From positions 32,001 through 96,000 of the IMG/VR virus record IMGVR_UViG_3300035698_008372: 64,000 bases of DNA; one strand, written 5' to 3'. Below, piece after piece: positions 41,666 through 51,419 of this stretch (within the stretch, counting starts at the first letter, position 1; every line of letters begins with the position of its first letter). The translations under genes were made by a program, and so were the position numbers. The notes under the pieces are model-generated. The model searched no databases. It saw only the letters and a list, made by a program, of their open reading frames with translations, and was not told where the DNA came from. Source of the DNA: a virus.

Positions 41666-42739
41666 ATGAACAATAAAACATTACAACGGATACTGGATCA
41701 AGTTCAGAAGGAACATGACAATGCAGATGATCTGGAATATAATAGCAACGTGTTGATAGTCGATGGACTAAATACATTTATCAGGGCCTTTTCGGCCGTA
41801 CCCATGACAAATACAAATGGGGCTCATGTCGGTGGAATCATCGGATTTTTGAGGTCTATAGCATATACTGTCAAAACATTAAATCCCACTCGGCTGATAA
41901 TCACATTTGATGGCAAGGGTGGTTCGGTGCGCCGTAGAGAATTGTATCCAGAATACAAAGGAAAACGGAAAGTATCAAAATTAAATAGAGCGGATGCATT
42001 CAGTACCGCTGAGGACGAACATCAGTCGATGATGGAGCAGTTGAAAAAGACTGTTGATTATTTGGGGACACTTCCGTTATCACTGATTACGGTGGAGAAT
42101 ATTGAGGCTGATGACACAATGGCATATATTGCCAAGCAGGTTTTGACTGATAGTAAAATCACATTAATGAGCACTGACAAAGATTTTCTACAACTTGTAA
42201 ATGATAGAATATCGGTGTGGTCACCTACCAAAAAAATACTCTATACTCCAGAGGTAATCAGGGCTGAATATCAAATACCACCAAATAATTTCCTAGCATA
42301 TAGGATTATGGAAGGTGATGTATCTGATAATATTCCAGGTGTCGGTGGAGCCAAAATCAAAACAATCATAAAGAGATTCCCAGATGTATTGGATGATTCA
42401 AAGAAATTGAATGTTGATGATTTGATAGAATATGCTAAGGGTCAAGACACCAAATTGAAAGTGTATGACAATGTTATTAATAACAAAGAGCTATTGGAAT
42501 TGAATTGGAAATTGATGCAACTGGATGAGGTGGTTATTAGTAATACCGCCAAATTTCATATACTGAGTGTGGTCGATAGGGATCAACAAACCAAGTTTAA
42601 TAAATTACAATTTGAGAAAATGTTTATTAGAGACCAACTGCACCAATCCATACCCAATCTGGAAACATGGTTAAACCAGTCCTTTTTAACATTGGACAAA
42701 TTCGTGCGAGAACATAATGGGAAGAAAAAAGAAGTATAA
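41666..42739 (+). CDS. 5'-3' exonuclease / RNase H (FEN-like)
   Basis: VDGLN, YKGKR, EADD, STDKD, GDVSDNIPGV. Confidence 0.92.
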   Translation: MNNKTLQRILDQVQKEHDNADDLEYNSNVLIVDGLNTFIRAFSAVPMTNTNGAHVGGIIGFLRSIAYTVKTLNPTRLIITFDGKGGSVRRRELYPEYKGKRKVSKLNRADAFSTAEDEHQSMMEQLKKTVDYLGTLPLSLITVENIEADDTMAYIAKQVLTDSKITLMSTDKDFLQLVNDRISVWSPTKKILYTPEVIRAEYQIPPNNFLAYRIMEGDVSDNIPGVGGAKIKTIIKRFPDVLDDSKKLNVDDLIEYAKGQDTKLKVYDNVINNKELLELNWKLMQLDEVVISNTAKFHILSVVDRDQQTKFNKLQFEKMFIRDQLHQSIPNLETWLNQSFLTLDKFVREHNGKKKEV

Positions 42740-42896
42740 TACAGTAGAAGAACGTAAAGAGGCACAGAGGAAATGGCAAGCCGATCATTACGAACGCAAT
42801 AAAAAGGAAATATTGAAGAGGGCTAGAGATGCCTATCGCAAGAAAAAGATTGAAAAAGCCAAGCGCGAACGAATGAAAAAATTGTATGATGAATAG
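42717..42896 (+). CDS. Small basic protein
   Basis: MGRKKKY..EERKEAQRKWQ..HYERNK. Confidence 0.65.
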   Translation: MGRKKKYNTVEERKEAQRKWQADHYERNKKEILKRARDAYRKKKIEKAKRERMKKLYDE

Positions 42897-42958
42897 GAAA
42901 AATAAATCAATATGTTACAAAATATATCAGCGTTTTTCGCCATATATACGATATCTAT

Positions 42959-43156
42959 ATGTACGGAAAAGCTTGATTAATTAAAGGGTTGGGATATTGG
43001 GTTGACTTTTATAGCCCATCAAAAAATATAGTGATCGAATACTATGAAAAAAAACATCTAAAACAAATAAAACGGGATGTGAGAAGAAAAATGGAAATTA
43101 TAAGTTATATGGATTGTGAATTTATAGAAATTAGAGAATGGGAAAATGGTAGATAG
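42959..43156 (+). pseudogene. Truncated PD-(D/E)XK homing-endonuclease remnant
   Basis: GYWVDFYSPSKNIVIEYYEKKH..CEFIEIRE parallels the C-terminus of the 53243 endonuclease. Confidence 0.55.
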
Positions 43157-44537
43157 TGAAAAACTAACCCCATTTGGGAGTTCGTTTCAAACCAAAGTGA
43201 TATCGTCACTTCTGGCTGACACCAAGTATTTTCAGACAATAGGGGATATCTTGGAACCAGTCATGTTTGATAGTGACGCTAATCAATGGTTAGTGGCCAC
43301 CATCAGTGAGTATTTTATGGAGTACAAAACGACTCCAACACTCGATGTACTTAAAATCAAAATAAATGAAATACAGAATGACATCCTACAGACATCAGTA
43401 ATTGCTAAGCTCAAAGAGGCATGGCAAAATATGGATTCTACTGATCTAGAATTTGTCAAAGGGGAATCATTGGAATTTTGTAAAAATCAAATATTGAAAA
43501 ACGCAATTATTCAATCGGTTGATTTATTACAAGAAAAGAAATACGATTCGATTAAGGGGCTGATTGATAATGCCCTAAAAGCTGGATCGGAACGAGATAT
43601 AGGCCACGATTATATTGTGGGTTTGGAGGAGAGATTGACAAAAAGCACTAGAAGTACGATAGAAACCCCTTGGGAATCCGTCACTGAATTGATGGACGGG
43701 GGAGCTGGTAAGGGTGAATTAATAGTGGTGGTAGCACCCGCTGGTATTGGAAAAACGTGGGTATTACAGACAGTTGGGGCACATGGGGTTAAAATTGGTT
43801 TGACAGTAGTTCACTATACATTGGAATTAAATCAGAATTATGTTGGTTTGAGATATGATACTATTATGAGTGGGGTTCCAACCGCAAACATTAAGTATCA
43901 TCAAGAGGATGTAAAAAAGGTAATTGATGCATTACCGGGGAAAATGATAATTAAGTATTGGCCAACCAGATCGGCATCGGTACAAACGATTGCGGCTCAC
44001 TTAAAACAAATGGAAATTCAGAATATTATACCCGACCTAATTGTGGTTGATTATGCCGATATTCTGAGAGATTCATCTGGAGCCGTAGAAAAACGATTCC
44101 AGCTGAGTAATATTTATGAGGACTTGAGAGGTCTGGCCGGTGAATTCAGTTTACCAGTATGGACGGCATCTCAAGCGAATCGTAGTGCATTGGAAGAGGA
44201 AATTATTGATGCTTCCAAAGTTGCAGAGGATTATTCTAAGATAATGACAGCTGACTTTGTAATGTCTATTAGTCGTCAAGTATCTGATAAGATAGCGAAT
44301 ACGGCTAGATGTCACATTATCAAAAACAGATTTGGTCAGGATGGTATTACCTTGCCGATGAATATGAATACGAATATAGGTAAAATAGAAATCTTTGAGG
44401 GTCAAAGTTTTAGTGGAAAAGAACAACAGAAAAAGATGAATAACGGTGATGAGTATGTCCGCAAGGAATTGAAGAACCGATTCAAAGATTTGATGGTGGA
44501 TAATAAGGCCGAGAAAAAGGTCGATGGATATGAATAG
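43146..44537 (+). CDS. Replicative helicase (gp41/DnaB-like)
   Basis: APAGIGKT, YTLE, VVDYAD, WTASQANR, KNRFG. Confidence 0.93.
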   Translation: MVDSEKLTPFGSSFQTKVISSLLADTKYFQTIGDILEPVMFDSDANQWLVATISEYFMEYKTTPTLDVLKIKINEIQNDILQTSVIAKLKEAWQNMDSTDLEFVKGESLEFCKNQILKNAIIQSVDLLQEKKYDSIKGLIDNALKAGSERDIGHDYIVGLEERLTKSTRSTIETPWESVTELMDGGAGKGELIVVVAPAGIGKTWVLQTVGAHGVKIGLTVVHYTLELNQNYVGLRYDTIMSGVPTANIKYHQEDVKKVIDALPGKMIIKYWPTRSASVQTIAAHLKQMEIQNIIPDLIVVDYADILRDSSGAVEKRFQLSNIYEDLRGLAGEFSLPVWTASQANRSALEEEIIDASKVAEDYSKIMTADFVMSISRQVSDKIANTARCHIIKNRFGQDGITLPMNMNTNIGKIEIFEGQSFSGKEQQKKMNNGDEYVRKELKNRFKDLMVDNKAEKKVDGYE

Positions 44538-44547
44538 GAGAGAATAA

Positions 44548-45645
44548 ATGGTAACTTTTAAATTATCGGATAAATTTATAGATGGGTTCAAGCGCAAGCG
44601 GGCACCCTTCGGTTTCAATGGGTTAGGGGCCCTAGTATATATGAGGACATATTCCAGAATAAAGGAAGATGGTTCAAATGAACAATGGTGGGAAACAGTA
44701 CAGCGTGTAGTTGAAGGTACATATAGCATGCAGAAAAACTGGATAGACGAACAAGGTCTTGGATGGAACCCATGGCAGGCACAGAGGTCTGCACAGGAAA
44801 TGTATGAGCGTATTTTTGAAATGAAATTTCTACCACCCGGACGGGGTCTGTGGGCAATGGGCACTGCTATCACTGAAGAAAAGGGATTGTATGCGGCATT
44901 GAATAACTGTGCATTCGTATCCACCGAAAATTTGAAAGACGATTTGGCCAAACCATTCACGTTTCTAATGGACGCTTCCATGTTGGGAGTCGGTGTTGGA
45001 TTTGATACAAAGGGGGCAGGGCAACTTATTGTCAAAGGCCCTAATGTGGATAGACCACCAGAAAAGTTTGTAATCCCAGATTCCCGTGAGGGTTGGGTTG
45101 ATGCCATGAAATTATTGATCGAGAGCTATTTTCTTGGTACTTCACCTATGGATTATGATTATGATACAATCAGGCCAGAGGGAGCACCAATAAAGGGGTT
45201 CGGCGGCACTTCAAGTGGGTACAAACCACTTAAAGCTGCTATGGATGAAATATCCAAAACACTAGATAAAAATGTTGGGGCACCTATTACAATAACCACA
45301 ATAGTTGATATTATGAATCATATTGGTAAATGTGTGGTGGCCGGAAATGTCAGACGCTGTTTACCAAATCACTATGAAGTTCAAACGGAAAATGGTTTCA
45401 AATGTATGAGTGAACTTACATCGGGAGATATGATAAATACAGCAGGAGGTTTGCGAGAGGTTAATGATGTCATAGATAGCGGAAAACAGAAAGTGTTGAA
45501 AATTAAAACGATGAACAATACTGAATATGAAGCTACTGAAAAACATACATTATTGGTATATAATCAGAAACTAGGCTTTAAGTGGAAAATGGTAAAGGAT
45601 ATTGATTCGGAGTTAGATTTTTTAGTTAAACCCAAAAATAAATAA
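44548..45645 (+). CDS. nrdJ: Class II ribonucleotide reductase part 1 + split intein N-half (from Cys at 45358)
   Basis: RTYSR, PPGRGLW, NNCAF, VAGNVRR|CLP...ATEKH. Confidence 0.9.
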   Translation: MVTFKLSDKFIDGFKRKRAPFGFNGLGALVYMRTYSRIKEDGSNEQWWETVQRVVEGTYSMQKNWIDEQGLGWNPWQAQRSAQEMYERIFEMKFLPPGRGLWAMGTAITEEKGLYAALNNCAFVSTENLKDDLAKPFTFLMDASMLGVGVGFDTKGAGQLIVKGPNVDRPPEKFVIPDSREGWVDAMKLLIESYFLGTSPMDYDYDTIRPEGAPIKGFGGTSSGYKPLKAAMDEISKTLDKNVGAPITITTIVDIMNHIGKCVVAGNVRRCLPNHYEVQTENGFKCMSELTSGDMINTAGGLREVNDVIDSGKQKVLKIKTMNNTEYEATEKHTLLVYNQKLGFKWKMVKDIDSELDFLVKPKNK

Positions 45646-45711
45646 AATATGAAGCGGTTAAGAATAATGGATACCGATTTAAATTAGATGTATATTAATA
45701 GGAGAATGATT

Positions 45712-46458
45712 ATGTATGGGATAGAAGATTTCAATTTGGAAGATTTCAATTTAATTTCGATTATGGAAATAGTCGATGAAAATAAATATGTTCAAACGAT
45801 GGACATAGAGGTTGCGGACAAGCATCATTTCTTTGTACGAAATCCTGAATACTCGGATGAATGTATTGTATCACACAATACAGCCGAAATTGTATTTGGT
45901 GATCCTGAGAATCAGGAATATTTGGACTTAAAGGATTACGACGTGAATCCATATAGGGAAGAATTTGGGTGGACATCGAACAATTCTATATTTGCCGAAT
46001 TGGGCATGGATTATACTGATGCTTGTAAACGTGTTGTGAAAAATGGTGAACCGGGATTTGCATGGCTTGAGAATATGCAGGGTTACTCACGTATGAAGAG
46101 CGGTAAAGACTACAAAGATAGACGTGTAAAAGGTGGAAATCCATGTGTTGTTGGTGATTCAATTATTACTACTGATAGAGGTAGACTTAGAATGGATGAA
46201 TTAGTTGAACGTGTAAATTCAGGTGAAACCATAAAAGTTATGTCTTTTAATGAACAAACATTAACAACTGAATTTAATGTTATTACAAAAGCGTGGATGA
46301 GTAAAAAGGATGCTACTGTATTGACATTGGAAATTGAGGAAAATGACCAAATGTTTAAATTGACATGTACCCCCGACCATAAAATATATACAACTAATCG
46401 AGGATATGTTGAGGCTAATGATTTAACTGGGGAGGATGATATAAAAATAATTACATAA
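45712..46458 (+). CDS. nrdJ: NrdJ part 2: intein-1 C-half + 88-aa extein + intein-2 N-half
   Basis: MDIEV..HHFF..VSHN|TAEIVFG..SNNS..GEPG..GGNP|CVVGDS..TPDH. Confidence 0.9.
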   Translation: MYGIEDFNLEDFNLISIMEIVDENKYVQTMDIEVADKHHFFVRNPEYSDECIVSHNTAEIVFGDPENQEYLDLKDYDVNPYREEFGWTSNNSIFAELGMDYTDACKRVVKNGEPGFAWLENMQGYSRMKSGKDYKDRRVKGGNPCVVGDSIITTDRGRLRMDELVERVNSGETIKVMSFNEQTLTTEFNVITKAWMSKKDATVLTLEIEENDQMFKLTCTPDHKIYTTNRGYVEANDLTGEDDIKIIT

Positions 46459-46526
46459 TTCGTTTGTATATGGTATTTATTTTTGATATTTATAATAAAG
46501 AAACACTCTATATAAAGGAATGAACT

Positions 46527-47582
46527 GTGAAAACATATTGTGAAAAAAAGAACGGAAAAATTAAATTTGGAGATACTAATCATATTAGTTACGTGGGTCA
46601 CTATACAAACAATAACAATAAAACATATTATTTGCGTAGCAAGATTGAATTCGTGGTGGCTAGATGATTAGATATAAAAAATCTTAAATTTTTATATGAA
46701 TGCAAAATATATATAATAAATTCAAAAAATTATAAACCCGATTTTTTCCACACTGTAAATGATAAAATCAGAACTATTATAGAAGTAAAACCAGATAAAC
46801 AAACGGCTCTGGAATATTATTCTAAATATAACGAGTATTTTAAGAATATAGGAATTCGGTATGTAGTTTTATGAGAAAAACACATACATCAATTAATACG
46901 TAAAAATAATTTACAAGATGAGGTACTAAATTGAATAGACTATAGCATCACGAATTATAAAGTTCCCGATATGAGAGGGAAAAATAATCCTAGATATGGA
47001 ATGAAAACATCAGCAACTACTAAAAAGAAGATAGGTGATAAGACCAGAGAAAGATGTAAGGATAATGAGTATATTGATAAATTGAGTACCTCTATTTCTA
47101 AGTTCTATAATACGGACATGGGACTAAAACGAAGAAATGAAATTTCAGAGTTAAGAAAACGTGAAAACGTAGAATTCTGGAAACGGAAAAATCATGATGA
47201 CCCACTTACTACTGCTATATGTAAAATATGTGGTGATTTATTTAGATATAGAGGTATTAGTGAAAGTGGTCGTGTAACTTGTAGAAAAAATGGATGTACT
47301 ACAAAATATAATAATAGTATTGGAATTCCTCGAAAACCATTATCTAAAAAATCAAGTATTAGCTCATATAAAACAAGACTGTTAAACGGTGGTAATAAAA
47401 TGAAATTAACTGAAAACTATAAAGATTGAAACGAGAAAATTAACATGTTAAAGAAAACGTATAATATTCCAATGACGTTTGGTATGAATGAAAATACCAT
47501 TGTCAAATATTTTGGAAATATAAACACCTATATAAAGGAGATAAAAAAATATGGGAAAACTAATAAGAACGATTTTACATAA
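46527..47582 (+). mobile_element. Free-standing endonuclease (TnsA-like PD-(D/E)XK + NUMOD3-like) with four in-frame TGA
   Basis: LRSKIE, YKPDFF, IEVKP, GKNNPRYG; TGA at 46665, 46872, 46932, 47427. Confidence 0.75.
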
Positions 47583-48767
47583 AACTGTGGAGGATGTATT
47601 CGATTTAACCGTCGATGCTGTCCATAATTTTATAGCCAATGGTATATTGGTACATAACTGCCTTAACTACTAAGTCTCGGGGCAGTATAAATTTCTCCTG
47701 ATTGACTTGGAAGGTGAGTATACACCGACAGGGCGCAAGGGTAAAGCCAGCGTGAGAGACTGAGCGGAGAAACTTCAAAATGAAGATGCGACAGTCCACC
47801 TTATGAATCGAAACTTCTGATACGATTTGTAAACAGCGAACAAAGTTTAGAATCCTATGAATTGTGTTGTCTAGTTGAAACATTTCCAGACAATCATACG
47901 AGCAAAGAAGATTATTTGCGAACATTGAAATATGCTTATCTTTATGCAAAGACAGTGACACTTGGAAAAACTCATTGGCCAGACACAAATAGGGTTATGC
48001 TGAGAAATCGTAGAATTGGTACATCGGTATCTGGTATTGCCCAATTCATTACCAATCGAGGTCTGGGTGTACTCAGGGATTGGTTGGAAAGTGGGTACGA
48101 TGAGATTAAGAAATGGGATGAGATGTATTCAGATTGGTTATGTATTCAGCCCAGTATAAAAATTACAAGTGTGAAACCTAGTGGGACAGTATCACTACTG
48201 GCCGGATCAACTCCAGGATTACATTATCCAGAGAGTAGGTTCTACATCAGGCGTGTACGACTGGCAAAAAGTAGTAAACTGATTACACCACTTGAAAACG
48301 CTGGATACAAAATAGAACCGGCTTATGGTTCTGAAGAAAGCACAGTTGTGGTGGAAATTCCCATTGATGAGGGTGATGGAATTAGGACAAAGAAGGACTT
48401 AACGATGTGGGAACAATTGGCCCTTGCGGCGTTTATGCAACGGCATTGGGCTGACAATGCTGTTAGTGCCACGATCACGTTTGATCCGGAAACCGAATCG
48501 GATCAACTCCCATTCGCTTTGAACTATTTTCAGTATCAATTAAAAGGCATTTCATTTCTACCTAGAGTGGAAAAGGGGGCCTATAGACAAATGCCGTATG
48601 AGGAAATCACTGAAAGTGAATATGATAATATGAAAACTAATCTAAAATATTTGAGTTTAATTCACATTGAAGGGGAAATGGCAAACCCAGAAAAATATTG
48701 TGGGAATGATACGTGTGAAATTGATGCCGAGTGGGCACAAGTTGAAGATGAACAGGATGAAAAATAA
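47551..48767 (+). CDS. nrdJ: NrdJ part 3: intein-2 C-half + catalytic Cys, interrupted by group I intron (exons 47551-47663, 47837-48767)
   Basis: VFDLTV..HNFIANGILVHN|CL/EQSLESYELCCLVE; RRIG; VKPSGTVS; C-terminal CxxxxC. Confidence 0.88.
47664..47836 (+). ncRNA. Group I intron (173 nt, no ORF)
   Basis: IGS GGGCAGT pairs with 5' exon ACTGCCT (U.G at splice site); TCG pairs with 3' exon CGA; P7 GAGACTG/CAGTCC; ends in G; splicing restores frame. Confidence 0.85.
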
Positions 48768-48817
48768 TCTAATCTCATAGTGAGATTGATATAGACAGAT
48801 AAACAAGGAGAAAGACA

Positions 48818-49258
48818 ATGTTAGTAAAGTTAAAAAGTTGGACAAGAGAGAAAGTTATTGAATGTGACAGTTACCATATTGAAAAAGTGGAGCATGGACA
48901 TAGATGACAAATAATGAGAAACGCCACACAAGGAGATGTTAATGGTCTCGTCCTTGACCAAGTAATGGAACATTGGTCAAATGGGGAAGATGTGCGGGTG
49001 TTTGTAACTGACAATGGTAAAAATGTGGAGTCATACAGATATACATGGACTAAGCCACCATGCGGTCCGCCGCAGGAAGGCTATGGTTCACGGGACATTG
49101 GGACGGTTGAGCCACGGTTTGACCACGATTTATCCAAGGACACATTGGCTTTTATAATCGGTGCAGTTGAAAAGTATGGAAATGATGCATCATATAGTGA
49201 GTCGCTTGTAGTGTATTTACAAGAGCGTCTTTTTGGTAAGGATGAAATAGCTAAATAA
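48818..49258 (+). CDS. Hypothetical protein; in-frame TGA at 48905
   Basis: AAGGAG SD before ATG 48818, in frame with ORF 48914. Confidence 0.6.
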
Positions 49259-49314
49259 AACAAAAACTGGTGGGGTGGGCTTCTCGGTCTGCCCCTAAGT
49301 AAACGGAGAAATAA

Positions 49315-49770
49315 ATGTACACATTAAAATTAAACGCATTTAGCGATGATATGATTGAACGGTATGCAAACCATACACATTATCATGAAGGAGATTCGGG
49401 GATAGATTTGTTCTTCCCAGACCCAGTAACAATACCAGCTGGAACTTTGGGTAAGAAAATCGGTCTCGGATTTTCGTGTGAAATGATATATGGGATGTCT
49501 GAAAACGTGTCATTCAATATATACCCACGATCCAGTATTTCCAAAACACCATTGAGATTGTCAAATTCGGTTGGTCTAGTGGATGCTGGTTATAGAGGTG
49601 AGATCATGGCATTATTTGATAATCACAGTGATAGGGATTACCATATTAGTGCGGGAGACAGGCTGCTACAGATCGTAGGACCCAACCTCCAGCCCATTGA
49701 TTTGGAATATGCTGAAGAATTATCTGGTTCCGATAGGGATGAAGATGGTGTTGGAAGCACGGGAAAATAG
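49315..49770 (+). CDS. dut: dUTPase
   Basis: GDSGIDL, PRSS, GLVDAGYRGE, GDRLLQ, R..GVGSTG. Confidence 0.95.
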   Translation: MYTLKLNAFSDDMIERYANHTHYHEGDSGIDLFFPDPVTIPAGTLGKKIGLGFSCEMIYGMSENVSFNIYPRSSISKTPLRLSNSVGLVDAGYRGEIMALFDNHSDRDYHISAGDRLLQIVGPNLQPIDLEYAEELSGSDRDEDGVGSTGK

Positions 49771-49816
49771 TTGAAAATAAATCGTGTCTTTGGGAAATAA
49801 AACACTATTTATATAC

Positions 49817-49889
49817 GCGGTTGAGGTGTAAGGGGATTTGCATGTCGGCTTTCCAGCCGGAGGAGTTGGTTCAAAACCTTCCAACCGCT
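49817..49889 (+). tRNA. Non-canonical tRNA-Gly-like gene (TCC; 6-nt anticodon loop, mismatched T stem)
   Basis: GCGGTTG/CAACCGC acceptor, U73, cloverleaf. Confidence 0.65.
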
Positions 49890-49900
49890 CTATTACAAAT

Positions 49901-49973
49901 GCGATTGAGGTGTTCAAGGGGAGCACGTCGGTATTCCATATCGAAGGAGTGGGTTCGAATCCTGCCGATCGCT
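49901..49973 (+). tRNA. Non-canonical tRNA-Gly(TCC)
   Basis: GCGATTG/CGATCGC, U73, loop ATTCCAT, TTCGAAT T-loop, A8. Confidence 0.8.
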
Positions 49974-49984
49974 CTATTAAAAAT

Positions 49985-50057
49985 GCGATTGAAGTGTAAC
50001 AGGTAAGCACGCCGACATACCATGTCGGAAGAGTGGGTTCGAGTCCTACTGATCGCT
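49985..50057 (+). tRNA. Non-canonical tRNA-Gly(ACC)
   Basis: GCGATTG/TGATCGC, U73, loop ATACCAT, TTCGAGT T-loop, A8. Confidence 0.75.
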
Positions 50058-50084
50058 CTATTAATGCAAGGAAAAAAATGTTAT

Positions 50085-51242
50085 ATGAACTTCTCAAGTA
50101 AATTTTTCGATATCAAACCATTTGATATAGAAGAAGAAAAACAAAATCTAATCAATAATTTGGACTTTTTACATTCTATGACAGTGGAAGAACAAACCCT
50201 GTATAAGAAATGGCAGGAGTTCAATAAGAACGAACATAAGATCAGGGGGAAAGCCCACCTGTTTGATGTGTTTGAAAAAAGGTTATGGGCACCAACCGAT
50301 ATCTATGATGAGGATTTAACCATTAAGGAAATTAATGCGTTGGAGCCAGTTGTAGAATATGCAGGAAGCGATGAAGCTGCTGATTGGTCATTGTATAGGA
50401 TGTTAATTCACACAATGGATTGGTCTGCGAACCCCGGTAGAAATATGAAATTCTATGTAAAGGATGCTGTCACTCGTAAGGTGTTGGGTCTAATATCAAT
50501 GGGTTCAGATGTTACCAGTATCAAGGTCAGAGATGATTATATTGGTTGGAAAAAAGAAGATAAATTTGTAAATCACAAGTTGAATAATACGGCTATAGCC
50601 AGCACAATTGTGTCGGTTCAACCATTGGGTTATAACATGCTTGGTGGAAAATTGATAGCCGCGTTGGCAACAGTGTCAACAATTAGGGACAAGTGGGAAA
50701 AGGAATATGGTGATGTTCTAGCTGGGGTTACAACCACTTCATTATATGGCATCCATTCACAATATAACGGAATTCCACATTGGAAAACGATGGGTGAATC
50801 TGCTGGCAAGATTAGGATCAAGCCAGATGATAGTGAATATTTGAAATGGAATAAGTGGCTCAAAGAGAATTATCCAGATGAGTTTGAAAAAGCCATTACT
50901 GGAACGGGTCCCAAACAGAATGTATTAAGCAAGGTATTCAGCCATTTGAAAATTAGAGGTTATGAGCATGGATTTCATAGAGGTGTCTATTTTGCGTCAA
51001 TCTATGATAATACAGTGCCATTCTTAAAGGGTGAAATTGAACAATCTGAGCTCAAAATGAAACTGAAATATGAACAGGATTATGAATATATCGACAGGTG
51101 GTGGAAAAAGAAAGCCATAAGACGATATCAGAACATGATTGCACAGGATAGGATTAAACCAGAGAAATTATTCTATGGTGATATCGTGGGTGTATCTTGG
51201 GAAGAATGCCAAGAAATGTATTTAAAAGAAGTGGGGAGATAA
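50085..51242 (+). CDS. DUF4338/DruA-like protein (probable GNAT/Mom-related fold)
   Basis: NPGRNMKF, QPLGYNMLGGKLIA, TTTSLYG..SQYN motifs. Confidence 0.65.
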   Translation: MNFSSKFFDIKPFDIEEEKQNLINNLDFLHSMTVEEQTLYKKWQEFNKNEHKIRGKAHLFDVFEKRLWAPTDIYDEDLTIKEINALEPVVEYAGSDEAADWSLYRMLIHTMDWSANPGRNMKFYVKDAVTRKVLGLISMGSDVTSIKVRDDYIGWKKEDKFVNHKLNNTAIASTIVSVQPLGYNMLGGKLIAALATVSTIRDKWEKEYGDVLAGVTTTSLYGIHSQYNGIPHWKTMGESAGKIRIKPDDSEYLKWNKWLKENYPDEFEKAITGTGPKQNVLSKVFSHLKIRGYEHGFHRGVYFASIYDNTVPFLKGEIEQSELKMKLKYEQDYEYIDRWWKKKAIRRYQNMIAQDRIKPEKLFYGDIVGVSWEECQEMYLKEVGR

Positions 51243-51415
51243 TGAGTAAAACACTAGTTGAGAAGATCGAAGAATTGGGTACTGATTGGAGCAAGGTGAA
51301 TACCGCTTTGCATCACTTATGGTCAAAAAATGTCGGAACTGATAATTATGACAAAGAAGAATGGAAATTGTTAGAAAAATATATATATAAAATTATATTG
51401 AAAGACAGGGGATAA
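51242..51415 (+). CDS. Small hypothetical protein
   Basis: Coupled ORF. Confidence 0.55.
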   Translation: MSKTLVEKIEELGTDWSKVNTALHHLWSKNVGTDNYDKEEWKLLEKYIYKIILKDRG

Positions 51416-51419
51416 GCTT

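Noticed and set aside
45724-45752. Tandem duplication gaagatttcaattt (EDFNL x2)
   Set aside because: Short in-frame duplication in the unconstrained IntC leader; no further units
49817-50057. The tRNA triplet as the TGA suppressor (code 25, TGA=Gly) or as tRNA-Trp(CCA)
   Set aside because: Cloverleaf register puts TCC/ACC at positions 34-36, not TCA or CCA, and TGA positions align with Trp in conserved motifs
49817-50064. 84-nt periodic repeats as a CRISPR array
   Set aside because: Units are whole cloverleafs with covarying stems; there is no constant-repeat/unique-spacer structure and no cas operon
50022-50084. N-terminal extension of the DUF4338 ORF and ORFs 49720-50097 and 49821-50006
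   Set aside because: They overlap the tRNA genes; ATG 50085 is the more plausible start
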